Shown one piece after another: positions 43,277 to 52,472 of a DNA stretch of 64,000 nucleotides. The stretch is taken from NCBI GenBank assembly GCA_020444065.1, contig JAHLLQ010000008.1, positions 78,138 through 142,137 of the forward strand, read 5' to 3'. Position 1 is the stretch's first letter; every line of letters begins with the position of its first letter. Made by a program: the position numbers and the translations under genes. The notes beneath the pieces were generated by a model. It saw only the letters and a list, made by a program, of their open reading frames with translations. It ran no database searches and was not told the origin of the DNA. This stretch comes from a bacterium (lineage in GTDB: Bacteria > Sumerlaeota > Sumerlaeia > SLMS01 > JAHLLQ01).

Positions 43277-44368
43277 TTACCCCGCCTGCTGCTTTGACAC
43301 GCGTGGGGATCGACTGCGTCCCCGCTCTTCCGCCTTGGCCTGTTCGTAAGCCTGAATGATCTTCATGATCAGCGGATGGCGAACCACGTCTCGCCCTGTG
43401 AACTGCACAAACTCAATCCCTGCGATGCTATTCAACACGCGCTGCGAGTTCACCAGGCCCGATTCCTGGCCGTGGGGCAAGTCCACCTGCGTGATGTCGC
43501 CGGTGATGACCGCTTTCGAATCGAATCCCAACCGCGTCAGGAACATCTTCATTTGCTCGACCGACGTGTTCTGGCCTTCGTCCAGGATCACAAAGGCATT
43601 GTTCAACGTTCGCCCGCGCATGAATGCCAACGGCGCGATTTCGATCACGCCTGTCTCGATGTGGGAACGGATCTTCTCCGAGTCCATCATCTCGTACAGA
43701 GCATCCCACAACGGCCGCACAAATGGGTCGAACTTCTGCGCCAGATCGCCGGGCAGGAATCCCAGGCGTTCGCCGGCCTCGACCGCCGGTCGACACAAGA
43801 TGATACGGTTCACGTCGCCTTCAACAAGCGCGGTCACCGCCATTGCCATCGCGAGGTAAGTCTTGCCCGTTCCCGCAGGCCCGATTCCGAAGACGATGTC
43901 GTTGCCCCGGATCGCGCGCACGTAGCGGCGCTGGTTGGCCGTGAGCGGTGTCAGACGGCGGCGTTTCAGCGGCACCGGAATCTCATCCAGGTACAATTCG
44001 CTCAAGGTATCCTCCCGTGGCGCGCCCTCGCCCTCGTCAGTCTGGGGCCCCTCGGGGCCGGGGGGCATGCCCTGGCGGGCACGATCCGCCGCATAGCGCA
44101 TCGCGCCCCGGAACTGCTCCTCCGTCAGGCGCCCGCCCTTACGCAGGACGTTCAGCATTTCATGAATCACATGGGTGGTGCGCTTCACATCGTCCGGCTT
44201 GCCGATGATCTTCAGCTTGTTCCCGCGCACAACCAGACGCGCATCCAGGTGAGACTGGAGCCGGCGGATTTTCTCGTCGTTCACCCCGCAGAAATCGAGG
44301 ATCTCACTTTGGCTGAGGACGACGACGTTTTCGTGCTGTTCTGGCAAAACGACTCCGTTTCCATGCAT
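43277..44368 (-). CDS. phoH: PhoH-like ATPase (PhoH/YbeZ)
   Basis: ORF trimmed to the ATG at 44368 (start uncertain). Walker A GPAGTGKTYLAMA, plus AGERLGFLPGDLAQKFDPF, LNNAFVILDEGQN, VITGDITQVDLP. Confidence 0.9.
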   Translation of the reverse strand: MHGNGVVLPEQHENVVVLSQSEILDFCGVNDEKIRRLQSHLDARLVVRGNKLKIIGKPDDVKRTTHVIHEMLNVLRKGGRLTEEQFRGAMRYAADRARQGMPPGPEGPQTDEGEGAPREDTLSELYLDEIPVPLKRRRLTPLTANQRRYVRAIRGNDIVFGIGPAGTGKTYLAMAMAVTALVEGDVNRIILCRPAVEAGERLGFLPGDLAQKFDPFVRPLWDALYEMMDSEKIRSHIETGVIEIAPLAFMRGRTLNNAFVILDEGQNTSVEQMKMFLTRLGFDSKAVITGDITQVDLPHGQESGLVNSQRVLNSIAGIEFVQFTGRDVVRHPLIMKIIQAYEQAKAEERGRSRSPRVSKQQAG

Positions 44369-44554
44369 TAAGATACGATCCGGAGGGCTCGGCCACCGGC
44401 GTCGATATGTTCCGGCGGCTGAGCGGAGGCTGTCAATGCCAAGGGGGGTGACTTTGCATGCGTCATTGGATCGGTTCACCGCTTGCGTTCCGCCCCACGA
44501 TCAGCCAGCCTGCTGCAGAATTCGAGACTGGCGGGCGGGGGGAACGGCAGCAAG

Positions 44555-45835
44555 ATGCACGCAACCAAGTGGATTGGCGCCCTTCTGACGGCGTTGTTGC
44601 TGACAACTGGGGCATATGCGCAGGAAGTTCAGGTCGACCATAATCCTGCCTTCGAGTCCCTCGAAGACGAGCGCTCGCACATCGTTGAGCCCCCCCCGAC
44701 ACCAGAGCCCGTCGAAGCCGAATTCCGAGGATCCGCCGTGTTCCGCGGCTCCATCGTGGGACTTTCGCCAACCCAGAAACTGACACTTGTCGCCCCCGAG
44801 CCCGGCAGCAACTCCGCCGTCCGCAAGCAGTGGGACCTGCCCGTCTCCGAGAGCCGCACTTTCGGTAAGATGAGCATGGCCGACGGACGCTATCTGCTCC
44901 GGATCGTGGATGAAGCCGGGAAGCTCCCCCCCGAGGAGTACCAGTTGGGCTTCCTCGGCGTTCTGGAATTTCAGACGAACGTGAACGAACGCGTTCGCGT
45001 CGGCGGTTCGGTCGCCATCAACGGACGCCCCGTTCCCAACGATCGCGTTCGTCTTGGGCTGATGCCGAAGGGCGATGTCCAGGTCATCGTTCGGCTGTTG
45101 CCGACCGAGGGCAACACCGTCCAGGCATTCGTTTCTCCCGGCGAGTACGAACTCGTGGTCTTTCACGAACTATTCGGCATGACCCGGACCGGACTTGATT
45201 ACCGGATCGGCGCGCAGCCCAAGACCCAGCGCCTTGCGCTCGATTTGCCCGCTTCGGACGTCCAAGTACAGATTCAATTGCCGCCCGGCGCCTCCGACCA
45301 GTCCGGCGACCTGGTCTTCGATTTCATGACGCCGCTGTCGCTGGAGGAACGTCGCATCCCGTACATCGGCCAAGCGATTCATCTGGCCGACATTTACCCC
45401 GGCAGCTACTTCTTCGGCTTCGAGACTCCCAGCGGCCTGATGGCGCACGTAGCCCTCACCGATCTACAACCGGGACAGACGCGCACGATGACTCTGTTGC
45501 CGACAGATCATCCGCCGAAAAACTACGAACTGACGATCCAACTGCCCCCCGGGTCCTACCAGTACAAACTCTACCTGCCGCCCAATAGTTGGTTCATCGA
45601 TCCATTGAATCCCGAGGCCGGCACCCAAGGCGGCGTTGCGAATTCTGTCTTCCGAGTCCCCGGCGGAGCGAATAACCCCGACGGATCGCGCGCGAAATAC
45701 CCCGCCGTGAATGACCAGACAAACGAAGTCACGTTCCGCTACGAGAGCCCCACCCCCGGCGCAAAGCCCTACGTGCGAGGCTCTTTCAACCACTGGAATA
45801 TCGAGCAGAAGTGGAGACTGCGGGCGGCGGACTGA
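44555..45835 (+). CDS. Exported hypothetical protein with beta-sandwich repeats and CBM48/AMPK-glycogen-binding-like half motifs at the C-terminus
   Basis: ORF trimmed to the ATG at 44555 (MHATKWIGALLTALLLTTGAYA). C-terminus: LPPGSYQYKLYLPPNSWFIDPLNPE, then VTFRYESPTPGAKPYVRGSFNHWN, then a stop 11 aa later. Confidence 0.4.
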   Translation: MHATKWIGALLTALLLTTGAYAQEVQVDHNPAFESLEDERSHIVEPPPTPEPVEAEFRGSAVFRGSIVGLSPTQKLTLVAPEPGSNSAVRKQWDLPVSESRTFGKMSMADGRYLLRIVDEAGKLPPEEYQLGFLGVLEFQTNVNERVRVGGSVAINGRPVPNDRVRLGLMPKGDVQVIVRLLPTEGNTVQAFVSPGEYELVVFHELFGMTRTGLDYRIGAQPKTQRLALDLPASDVQVQIQLPPGASDQSGDLVFDFMTPLSLEERRIPYIGQAIHLADIYPGSYFFGFETPSGLMAHVALTDLQPGQTRTMTLLPTDHPPKNYELTIQLPPGSYQYKLYLPPNSWFIDPLNPEAGTQGGVANSVFRVPGGANNPDGSRAKYPAVNDQTNEVTFRYESPTPGAKPYVRGSFNHWNIEQKWRLRAAD

Positions 45836-46696
45836 TCACTCCGGCCAGGTCGGCGTTGCATTCCATCTCGGATCGGGCGTTCGCCAGACGGGGTGCGGAT
45901 TCCAGTCGGCTGGGGTTACCTGAGATTCCAGTTCTTCCTCTTCATTGTCCGGCAGCGCGGGAAAGAAATCCCAACCCGTCATTCGCTCAATTTCATCAAT
46001 CGTCGTGGCGCAGTCATACCACGGCGGAACCACACGCGAGTTGGGCAGCACGAAGCTCACCGCCGTCAGTGAACCATCCGCCTTTCGATCGACGATGATC
46101 TTCCAGAAATGCGTCGGGATCGGCAAGCCACCCCGGATTGTCTTCTCAGGTGTGCCGGGTTCAAACGCCGGGCCGGTCAGAACCCACAGCTCGCCGCGGC
46201 CCTCCAGAAGGCTGCGCACATGATTTTCCAGCGCCACCCATTCGCCACGATTCAGTTCCTCCATCTGTGGAGCGATGTTCGACAGATAGTAGGATGAGTG
46301 AAACGTGCGCAGGTTCTTCTTCATGTCCGCCGCCGGTGCCAGGTGCCCGCGGTCATACCCGTCCGCCTCGCCGTAGAACCAATCCTCCGCCCGATGATGG
46401 GGATCGAGCGCCGGGTCGCCCTGGAACACACCGGCCTCTCGATCGTCGTAGTCGATTCCACGCCGATCTTCTGGATCCAGCCGATACGCCACCCAGGCGG
46501 CGAGTCGTCGTTCATCGTTATGAAAGAGGACGTAGCCTTCGCGGACGATCAGCGTGCCGGTCGTCTCGGATGACTCGGGCACGCCAAACGGCAGATGTTC
46601 CGCCTGCCATTGCGCCTCGATGGGGGAGGAGAATGCACAGATCGCCAGCAGAACGAACGGACAAAGGAAGACGAGAGTATTGCCACTTCTCCTCAT
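45836..46696 (-). CDS. Secreted DNA/RNA non-specific endonuclease (Serratia NucA / EndoG family)
   Basis: 286 aa with a signal peptide. beta-beta-alpha-Me motif DRGHLAPAADM, plus YYLSNIAPQMEELNRGEW. Confidence 0.85.
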   Translation of the reverse strand: MRRSGNTLVFLCPFVLLAICAFSSPIEAQWQAEHLPFGVPESSETTGTLIVREGYVLFHNDERRLAAWVAYRLDPEDRRGIDYDDREAGVFQGDPALDPHHRAEDWFYGEADGYDRGHLAPAADMKKNLRTFHSSYYLSNIAPQMEELNRGEWVALENHVRSLLEGRGELWVLTGPAFEPGTPEKTIRGGLPIPTHFWKIIVDRKADGSLTAVSFVLPNSRVVPPWYDCATTIDEIERMTGWDFFPALPDNEEEELESQVTPADWNPHPVWRTPDPRWNATPTWPE

Positions 46697-46709
46697 GGCA
46701 ACCTCCCGA

Positions 46710-48263
46710 TTAGTCTGCGGTATTCACGACGAAGATCGCCGCGGTTCTTGCCGGCAGCGTCAATACGATGTGGCTGTCCTGGACAGTGGCCTGGCCGCCA
46801 TGGAGCCCATCGGTCAGCACCGTGCCGTCTGGCAGACCGGTGCGGACATTCAGCTCCTGCGGGGTGTGCCAGTTGTTGAACATCACGATGGCTGCGTTGT
46901 TTCCATCGCGCCGTTCGTAAGCATACGTGGCGTAATCGGCCAGGCGCTCATAGAACGTTCCCTTGCGCAGCGCGGAGTTCTCGCGACGCAGCTCATTCAA
47001 GCGCGCAACGTAGTGATACAGCGGATGATCGGGATTGAAGACCATGTCCTCGCGATTGTCCGGATCGTGCCCGCCACTGAAGGCTTGTTCGGTTCCGTAG
47101 TACATTACGGGGAAACCGCGGGCCGTGAAGACCAGTGTCAGCGCCAGTTCCAGCTTCGGCCAGTTCGCTTCCTGGCCACCGCCCGCACTGCTCAGAAAAC
47201 GTGGCATGTCGTGGTTGTCGACAAACAGCCCGAGCAGCTTCGGATTCACATACGCGTGATCTGTCGCGAACGCCTGAGAAAGCTGTTTTGGTGAGCCCTG
47301 CTGGGCAAACACCTTGATCATCGTGAAATACAGCGGGAAGTCCAGCACGCTCGGCATGTACTTCTGGTAGTCGCCCACATAGCTTGGCGAACCGTGAAGT
47401 ACCTCGCCCATGCAGAACACGCCGGCGGCGTCCACGTACTTCTTCCAGAAATCCTTCGGCACGTGCCGCACCGTATCGAGCCGGAACCCGTCGCATTGCG
47501 TCTTCTCGCGCAGCCACGCAATGTTGCGGCACAACTCGGCCGCGGCTTCCGGATTCGACTGATCGATATCATCCAGGCCACCGCCGATGTCGCCGACCTC
47601 GATCGAATGCTGATCGTCGTAGTTCGCGATCTGGCCCTGGTTGTGGAACCACTCCGGATTGTCGAACGGCGGCGCAGCCCGCTCGAAGTACCCGGTCGGC
47701 TCGTACACAAAATCGCCCGTGTGATTTGCCACCACATCGACCATCAGCAACATACCGCGGCGATCGAGTTCCTCACGCAGGCGCGCCATGTCGTCCCACG
47801 TGCCGAAGTGGCCATCGATGTCGTAGAAATCCCAAGGCCAGTACCCGTGATAGGATCCCTGCTTGCGCTGCTCATAGATCGGGCTGATCCAGATCGCGTC
47901 GAAGCCCATGCCCTGGATGTAATCGAGCTTATCGATAATCCCGGCGATATCGCCGCCATGCCACCCGCGCGGATCGTCGGGACGCGCCTCGAAACCGCCC
48001 CAGTCATCGTTCGAGGGATCGCCATTGTAGAAGCGATCGATCATCAGAAAGTAGATGCTCTTCTCCGACCATTCCTCGTTTGTCGGAACGTCGCGAGTCG
48101 GAACCGCCGGCGGATCGACGCGCGAGACCTCGGGCTTCGGTTTGGACGGTGGGGGAGGCATGGGCGTTGCCTCCAGCGATGGCTCGGATCGGCAACCCGC
48201 CGACGCCAGCAACACCGCAAAGATCATCCCTCCGGCAATCCGCACGCGCGAACTCAAGCCCAT
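46710..48263 (-). CDS. GH13 alpha-amylase family enzyme (probable lipoprotein)
   Basis: 517 aa; LLASAGC. Conserved regions I-IV: FDAIWISP / VVANHTG, GFRLDTVRHV, FCMGEV, FVDNHDMPRF. Confidence 0.9.
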   Translation of the reverse strand: MGLSSRVRIAGGMIFAVLLASAGCRSEPSLEATPMPPPPSKPKPEVSRVDPPAVPTRDVPTNEEWSEKSIYFLMIDRFYNGDPSNDDWGGFEARPDDPRGWHGGDIAGIIDKLDYIQGMGFDAIWISPIYEQRKQGSYHGYWPWDFYDIDGHFGTWDDMARLREELDRRGMLLMVDVVANHTGDFVYEPTGYFERAAPPFDNPEWFHNQGQIANYDDQHSIEVGDIGGGLDDIDQSNPEAAAELCRNIAWLREKTQCDGFRLDTVRHVPKDFWKKYVDAAGVFCMGEVLHGSPSYVGDYQKYMPSVLDFPLYFTMIKVFAQQGSPKQLSQAFATDHAYVNPKLLGLFVDNHDMPRFLSSAGGGQEANWPKLELALTLVFTARGFPVMYYGTEQAFSGGHDPDNREDMVFNPDHPLYHYVARLNELRRENSALRKGTFYERLADYATYAYERRDGNNAAIVMFNNWHTPQELNVRTGLPDGTVLTDGLHGGQATVQDSHIVLTLPARTAAIFVVNTAD

Positions 48264-48349
48264 GTACGCTTTCTCCCTGGTGACAGGCTGGCGAAATCAT
48301 GACCACGCCGGAATCGGCGGGGCAACCCCCGTTGCATTCTGGGAAACGA

Positions 48350-48721
48350 TCAGTCCATTTCCCGCCGCGCCATGACAAGTGTGCAAATGTACGCGACAGA
48401 CGGCAAGAACGCCGCGGCAACTCCCAGGACTCGCCACAGCGGTGTCGGCGCAGTCCCGAGTGCCCCCGCGGTGATGGCGCCGCTCAGCGCCAACGCAATC
48501 GCCGCCCAGAGCACCAGTCCCGCAGCACGCCACCGAGGCGACGCATACGTGGCGGAATACAGCGCCCCTCCATACACGCCGGCCGCGCCGAGTACAGCGG
48601 AGACCAGCGGGACCCAAGTGGCCTCGCGATCCGTGCCTTTTAGAGCATCCGTCACCACGGGCGCGATTATAGCCCCCGAAAGGCCCACGCACGCCCACAT
48701 GATGTTCTTCTCTAGCAACAT
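48350..48721 (-). CDS. Small hydrophobic membrane protein (about 4 TM), function unknown
   Basis: 123 aa, Ala/Gly/Leu-rich with hydrophobic segments. The ATG lies 2 nt after the kinase TAA stop (48724-48726). Confidence 0.5.
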   Translation of the reverse strand: MLLEKNIMWACVGLSGAIIAPVVTDALKGTDREATWVPLVSAVLGAAGVYGGALYSATYASPRWRAAGLVLWAAIALALSGAITAGALGTAPTPLWRVLGVAAAFLPSVAYICTLVMARREMD

Positions 48722-48723
48722 GG

Positions 48724-51700
48724 TTATTCCGGCTCGGGTCCTTCGGTTTTCGGAGCGTCGGTATCTTTCCTAATGCCGTGCTTCTCCGCGAGTTCCTCCA
48801 GTCGCGGATATGTCGCACCAGCCTTCCAGATCAGTTCCAACGCCGGCTTTGCCTCATCGACACGTCCCAGGAAAAGCAGTGCCTCGGCATACGTATCCAG
48901 GACGTCCGGATGCAGACTTCCGATATCGGCGACGAGCGGTTGCATTAACTCCACCGCTTCTTCCCATGCCGCAGTGGCTTCCTCCGATTCCCCCGTGTGT
49001 TCGTGTGCTGCGCCGATCTGAACGAGATCCCACGCCGCGCGGTTTCGCCGGTTCGCATCCTCCGGGTTCTTTGCGATGTGACCCTTTTGAATTTGAAGGT
49101 CGCGCTCGTACAGATCGCGTGCGTGTCGGTAATTGCCGGTCTCCAAACTCAAGTTGCCATATTGATCGAGAATGGAGGACAACTCATCCTGCCATTCCAC
49201 GTTGGTGGCATCGTGTTTGACGAGCGCCTCCATGATTTCCAGCGCGCGTTCATACGAAGACTCCGCATCGCGAATCTGCCCAACTTGCGACAGGAAACCC
49301 GCAAGGTTGTAGTTCGCCATCGCAAGACTGTGCTGACTGTCGAGATTCGAGTCATCGATCGCGGCGATTTTCTCGAACGTCGAGAGAGCCGCGCGGAACA
49401 TCTGCTCCGTCTTTCCATACTCTTGCAGCGCGATGTAGAGATAGCCCAGGTTGTTCTGGCTCGCGGCAAGATCGCCCATCCAAACGACGTTCGTGGGATC
49501 GAGTTCAACGAGTTGCTTGCGCACCTCGAGGCCTTCCTCGAACAGCGTCCTTGCTTTGCCGAGGTTCCCGTTACGCGCCGCCAAGGCCGCCAGACGTTCT
49601 TTCGCCACAGCCAGATCGCGAATCCAGGACTGGTTTTCGGGCTCGTCCTCTGTCAGCTTCTCCAGAACGCCTTCGGCGGATTCGTAACTCTTCTCCGCGT
49701 TCTCTGTCTGTCCGAGCGCTTCCTGAGCCTTGCCCGTCTTCTGGTATGCCAGCGCCAGCTTGTGTTTCCAAAGACGATTTGTCTCGTCGAACTCGACCAT
49801 CTTCTCGAGCCGATCGCGCGCGTCGGTGTACTCCGCGAGCGCTTCTTCGTTTTCGCCCTGAGCCATCTGAATATCGGCGATATCCATCAAGCTGTCCGCG
49901 ACCAGTTCTTGCCAGTGGCGATTGAGTGGATCGTATTCGGAAAGACGCTGGCGAATCGTCAGCGCCGTCGTCATCGTCTTCAGCGCCGCGGGCAGATCGC
50001 CTTGCGCCTCCTGGATCTTGCCAATGCGGAACAGAGCCGTCGCTGTGTCGCGGCGGTGATGCACACTGTCCGGCTCCAGAGCGCGAAGCCGCTCCAGAAT
50101 ATCGAGACTGCTCTCGAATGACTCAAGGGCCGCCGTCAGCTTTCCTTGCTTTTCCTGGACGCGCCCAAGTCGATCGAATGTGTTGGCAAGGCCGAACAGA
50201 TAATCTGGCTCCTCGTGTCCAGGCCCGTATGCCATCCGGCGGCTGAGTTGCAGCGTCTCTTCAAGCACGTCCGCAGCCTTGGCCAACTCGCCGCGTTCTT
50301 CGTGCACATTGGCGATGTCCTGCAGCGTGTAGACGTACGTCTCGATGCTCTTCCAATCCGTGCTGTTGGCATCGACGAGCGGCTTCATGAGATCCGCAGC
50401 CTTCTGATAGTGCGCCATCGCCTGGGCCAGATCGCCCTGTCGTGTCGAAATAAATCCGAGGTTATTCAGCGAATCCGCAAGCAGCCGAATGTCCTCCGCC
50501 TGAGAGCCGGGCCGCCGAGACAGTTGCTCCGCGATGCGGTTGTAACTGGCGTAGGCTTCCTGCGCCTGCGTCAGATCGCCTTCACCGCGATGCACATCGC
50601 CGATTCCCTTCAGCGACATCGCCGCGCGCCGAAGCGTTCCATCGTCCGCATCCGGGCCGACGGACTTCATGTAGTACTCTTCTGCTTGCCCAACCACGCC
50701 GCCCAGTAGGCGTAACTGGCCCAACGGTTCGAGGTCCTTGCGAAGTTCCGTGATCAGGAAGTTCATCGCGTTTTCGGCCTCGGCCCGTGCCGTTTCCGCC
50801 AGCCTGCGCTGCTTCTGCGCTTCTACAGCGCGCTGGTAGGCCCAAACGGCGAGCACGCTCGCGATGACCATCAGAGCGACCGTCGCACGGAAGAAAACGC
50901 GCCGCTGCCGGCGGATGCGACGCAGATGCTCCTCGCGTTCATCCACTTCACGCAGAAGCCCCTCGCGCTCCTCGCCAGCCTCCAGGCGAGAAGCTTCCAT
51001 GCGCGCGAGAACAAGATCCCCGTTTGCGATCGCCGTTCGCGCCAACTGGTAATGAACCAGGCGTGTCAACGCCGGCAGCGAAGGGTTCTGCGGCCACAGT
51101 TCGCGCGCGCGCTCAACCAGGTCCTGCCCGGCACGCAGCGACTGGTAATCGCTACCGGATTCGCCGAGTTTGCTCTCAGCCTGCTCCGTTAGTGCGCGCG
51201 ATTCCCGGCGCTGAGACGAACCAGAGAGATAGTCCTGAAGCTCTGTCACAAATGCGCCGGCGCCAGGCGTGCGGCTTTCCGGTTCCGGAGCCAGTGCCCG
51301 CATGCAAATCTCTTCCAACTCGCGCGGAATGTCTCGATCTTCGGCGGCAATGCTCGGCGGCAGCACATCGCCAAGACGAGCGCGCGCAAACGACTCGAGG
51401 GTCGTCTCGGCAACGTACGGCGGCCGACCCGTCAGAAGGTAGTACAGCGTACCTCCGAGCAGGAACACGTCCGTGTGCGGACCGAGATCGTCTGCCGTCG
51501 GGCTGGCCTGTTCCGGAGCCATGAAGGCTAACGTGCCCGATGGACTCGTCGCAGTTTCTTTTGTCGGGAACAACGATGTCAGTTGCGGAGGAATTCCATG
51601 ATCGTTGGCCAGCTTCGCATCGTGCAGAAGGGCCAGGCCCCAATCCATCAGCAGGACTTCGCCGAATTCCCCGACCATCACCTGTCCAGGCTTGAGGTCC

Positions 51701-52383
51701 CGGTGAATGATGCCGCGCGAATGCGCGAAGGCAACGGCCTGGGCGACATCGATCAGAATCGCGACGTGCTTGCTCAGGAAATCATCGTAGGAGAGCTTCT
51801 TGTCGCGGCGAATGATTCGATCCCAAGGTTCGCCGCGCACAATCTTCATCGCCAAGTGCGGGCGCCCATCGTCGTCGATTCCCATGTCGTAAATCGGAAC
51901 GATGTTGGGATGTTCGAGGGCCGCCGTCACGAGCGCTTCCTGGCGGAAGAGCTCCTCCATGTACGCTTTCCAGCCGGGCGATTTTGACTTAGATTTCTCC
52001 GGATCGTCTCGCTGGCGTTTCAGTGCCACCATGCGGCCCAGCGAACCTTGAATCGCTTCCCAAACCTCGCCGAATCCACCCTGGCCGAGAAACTGCGTCA
52101 GGGTGAATGCGACCTTCGGTGCCTCTTGATCGATCGACTCGTCTTCGGATTGGTCAACAATCCCGCGTCCACGGATCTTCCAGACGACGATGCTGGAGGC
52201 GTAATCCTCGATATGCGACGCCGTCGGAGGCGGTGCCGCTTCGGTCGCAAACTGCGTGAAGAGTTGCCGCGTTCGATCCTTGTCGTAGGTCTCGAGCGGA
52301 TCTTCTGGAAAGTCCTCCGTCGCAAACGACGCCTGAAGCTCAGCCATCGTCTCGTCAGGGATTTGTCGATTCTCGTCGGACAT
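48724..52383 (-). CDS. Ser/Thr protein kinase with one TM segment and a ~700-aa TPR-repeat extracytoplasmic region
   Basis: ORF trimmed to the ATG at 52383; the upstream extension would run through a terminator hairpin. Hanks motifs GQGGFGEVW, VALKR, HRDLKPGQV, DWGLA, GTLAFMAPE. TM: FFRATVALMVIASVLAVWAY. Many TPR-like repeats follow. Confidence 0.9.
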   Translation of the reverse strand: MSDENRQIPDETMAELQASFATEDFPEDPLETYDKDRTRQLFTQFATEAAPPPTASHIEDYASSIVVWKIRGRGIVDQSEDESIDQEAPKVAFTLTQFLGQGGFGEVWEAIQGSLGRMVALKRQRDDPEKSKSKSPGWKAYMEELFRQEALVTAALEHPNIVPIYDMGIDDDGRPHLAMKIVRGEPWDRIIRRDKKLSYDDFLSKHVAILIDVAQAVAFAHSRGIIHRDLKPGQVMVGEFGEVLLMDWGLALLHDAKLANDHGIPPQLTSLFPTKETATSPSGTLAFMAPEQASPTADDLGPHTDVFLLGGTLYYLLTGRPPYVAETTLESFARARLGDVLPPSIAAEDRDIPRELEEICMRALAPEPESRTPGAGAFVTELQDYLSGSSQRRESRALTEQAESKLGESGSDYQSLRAGQDLVERARELWPQNPSLPALTRLVHYQLARTAIANGDLVLARMEASRLEAGEEREGLLREVDEREEHLRRIRRQRRVFFRATVALMVIASVLAVWAYQRAVEAQKQRRLAETARAEAENAMNFLITELRKDLEPLGQLRLLGGVVGQAEEYYMKSVGPDADDGTLRRAAMSLKGIGDVHRGEGDLTQAQEAYASYNRIAEQLSRRPGSQAEDIRLLADSLNNLGFISTRQGDLAQAMAHYQKAADLMKPLVDANSTDWKSIETYVYTLQDIANVHEERGELAKAADVLEETLQLSRRMAYGPGHEEPDYLFGLANTFDRLGRVQEKQGKLTAALESFESSLDILERLRALEPDSVHHRRDTATALFRIGKIQEAQGDLPAALKTMTTALTIRQRLSEYDPLNRHWQELVADSLMDIADIQMAQGENEEALAEYTDARDRLEKMVEFDETNRLWKHKLALAYQKTGKAQEALGQTENAEKSYESAEGVLEKLTEDEPENQSWIRDLAVAKERLAALAARNGNLGKARTLFEEGLEVRKQLVELDPTNVVWMGDLAASQNNLGYLYIALQEYGKTEQMFRAALSTFEKIAAIDDSNLDSQHSLAMANYNLAGFLSQVGQIRDAESSYERALEIMEALVKHDATNVEWQDELSSILDQYGNLSLETGNYRHARDLYERDLQIQKGHIAKNPEDANRRNRAAWDLVQIGAAHEHTGESEEATAAWEEAVELMQPLVADIGSLHPDVLDTYAEALLFLGRVDEAKPALELIWKAGATYPRLEELAEKHGIRKDTDAPKTEGPEPE

Positions 52384-52427
52384 GGAATTGCGGCCTGGCT
52401 GAGGTCGTCTGGCACGGCGGAGAACGC

Positions 52428-52459
52428 AAAGGCGCACTCCCAGTCAGGAGTGCGCCTTT
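52428..52459 (-). terminator. Intrinsic terminator after the tandem-repeat protein gene
   Basis: AAAGGCGCACTCC-cagtca-GGAGTGCGCCTTT is a perfect 13-bp stem. On the minus strand it is followed by GCGTTCTCC. Confidence 0.65.
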
Positions 52460-52472
52460 GGACAGAATGATG

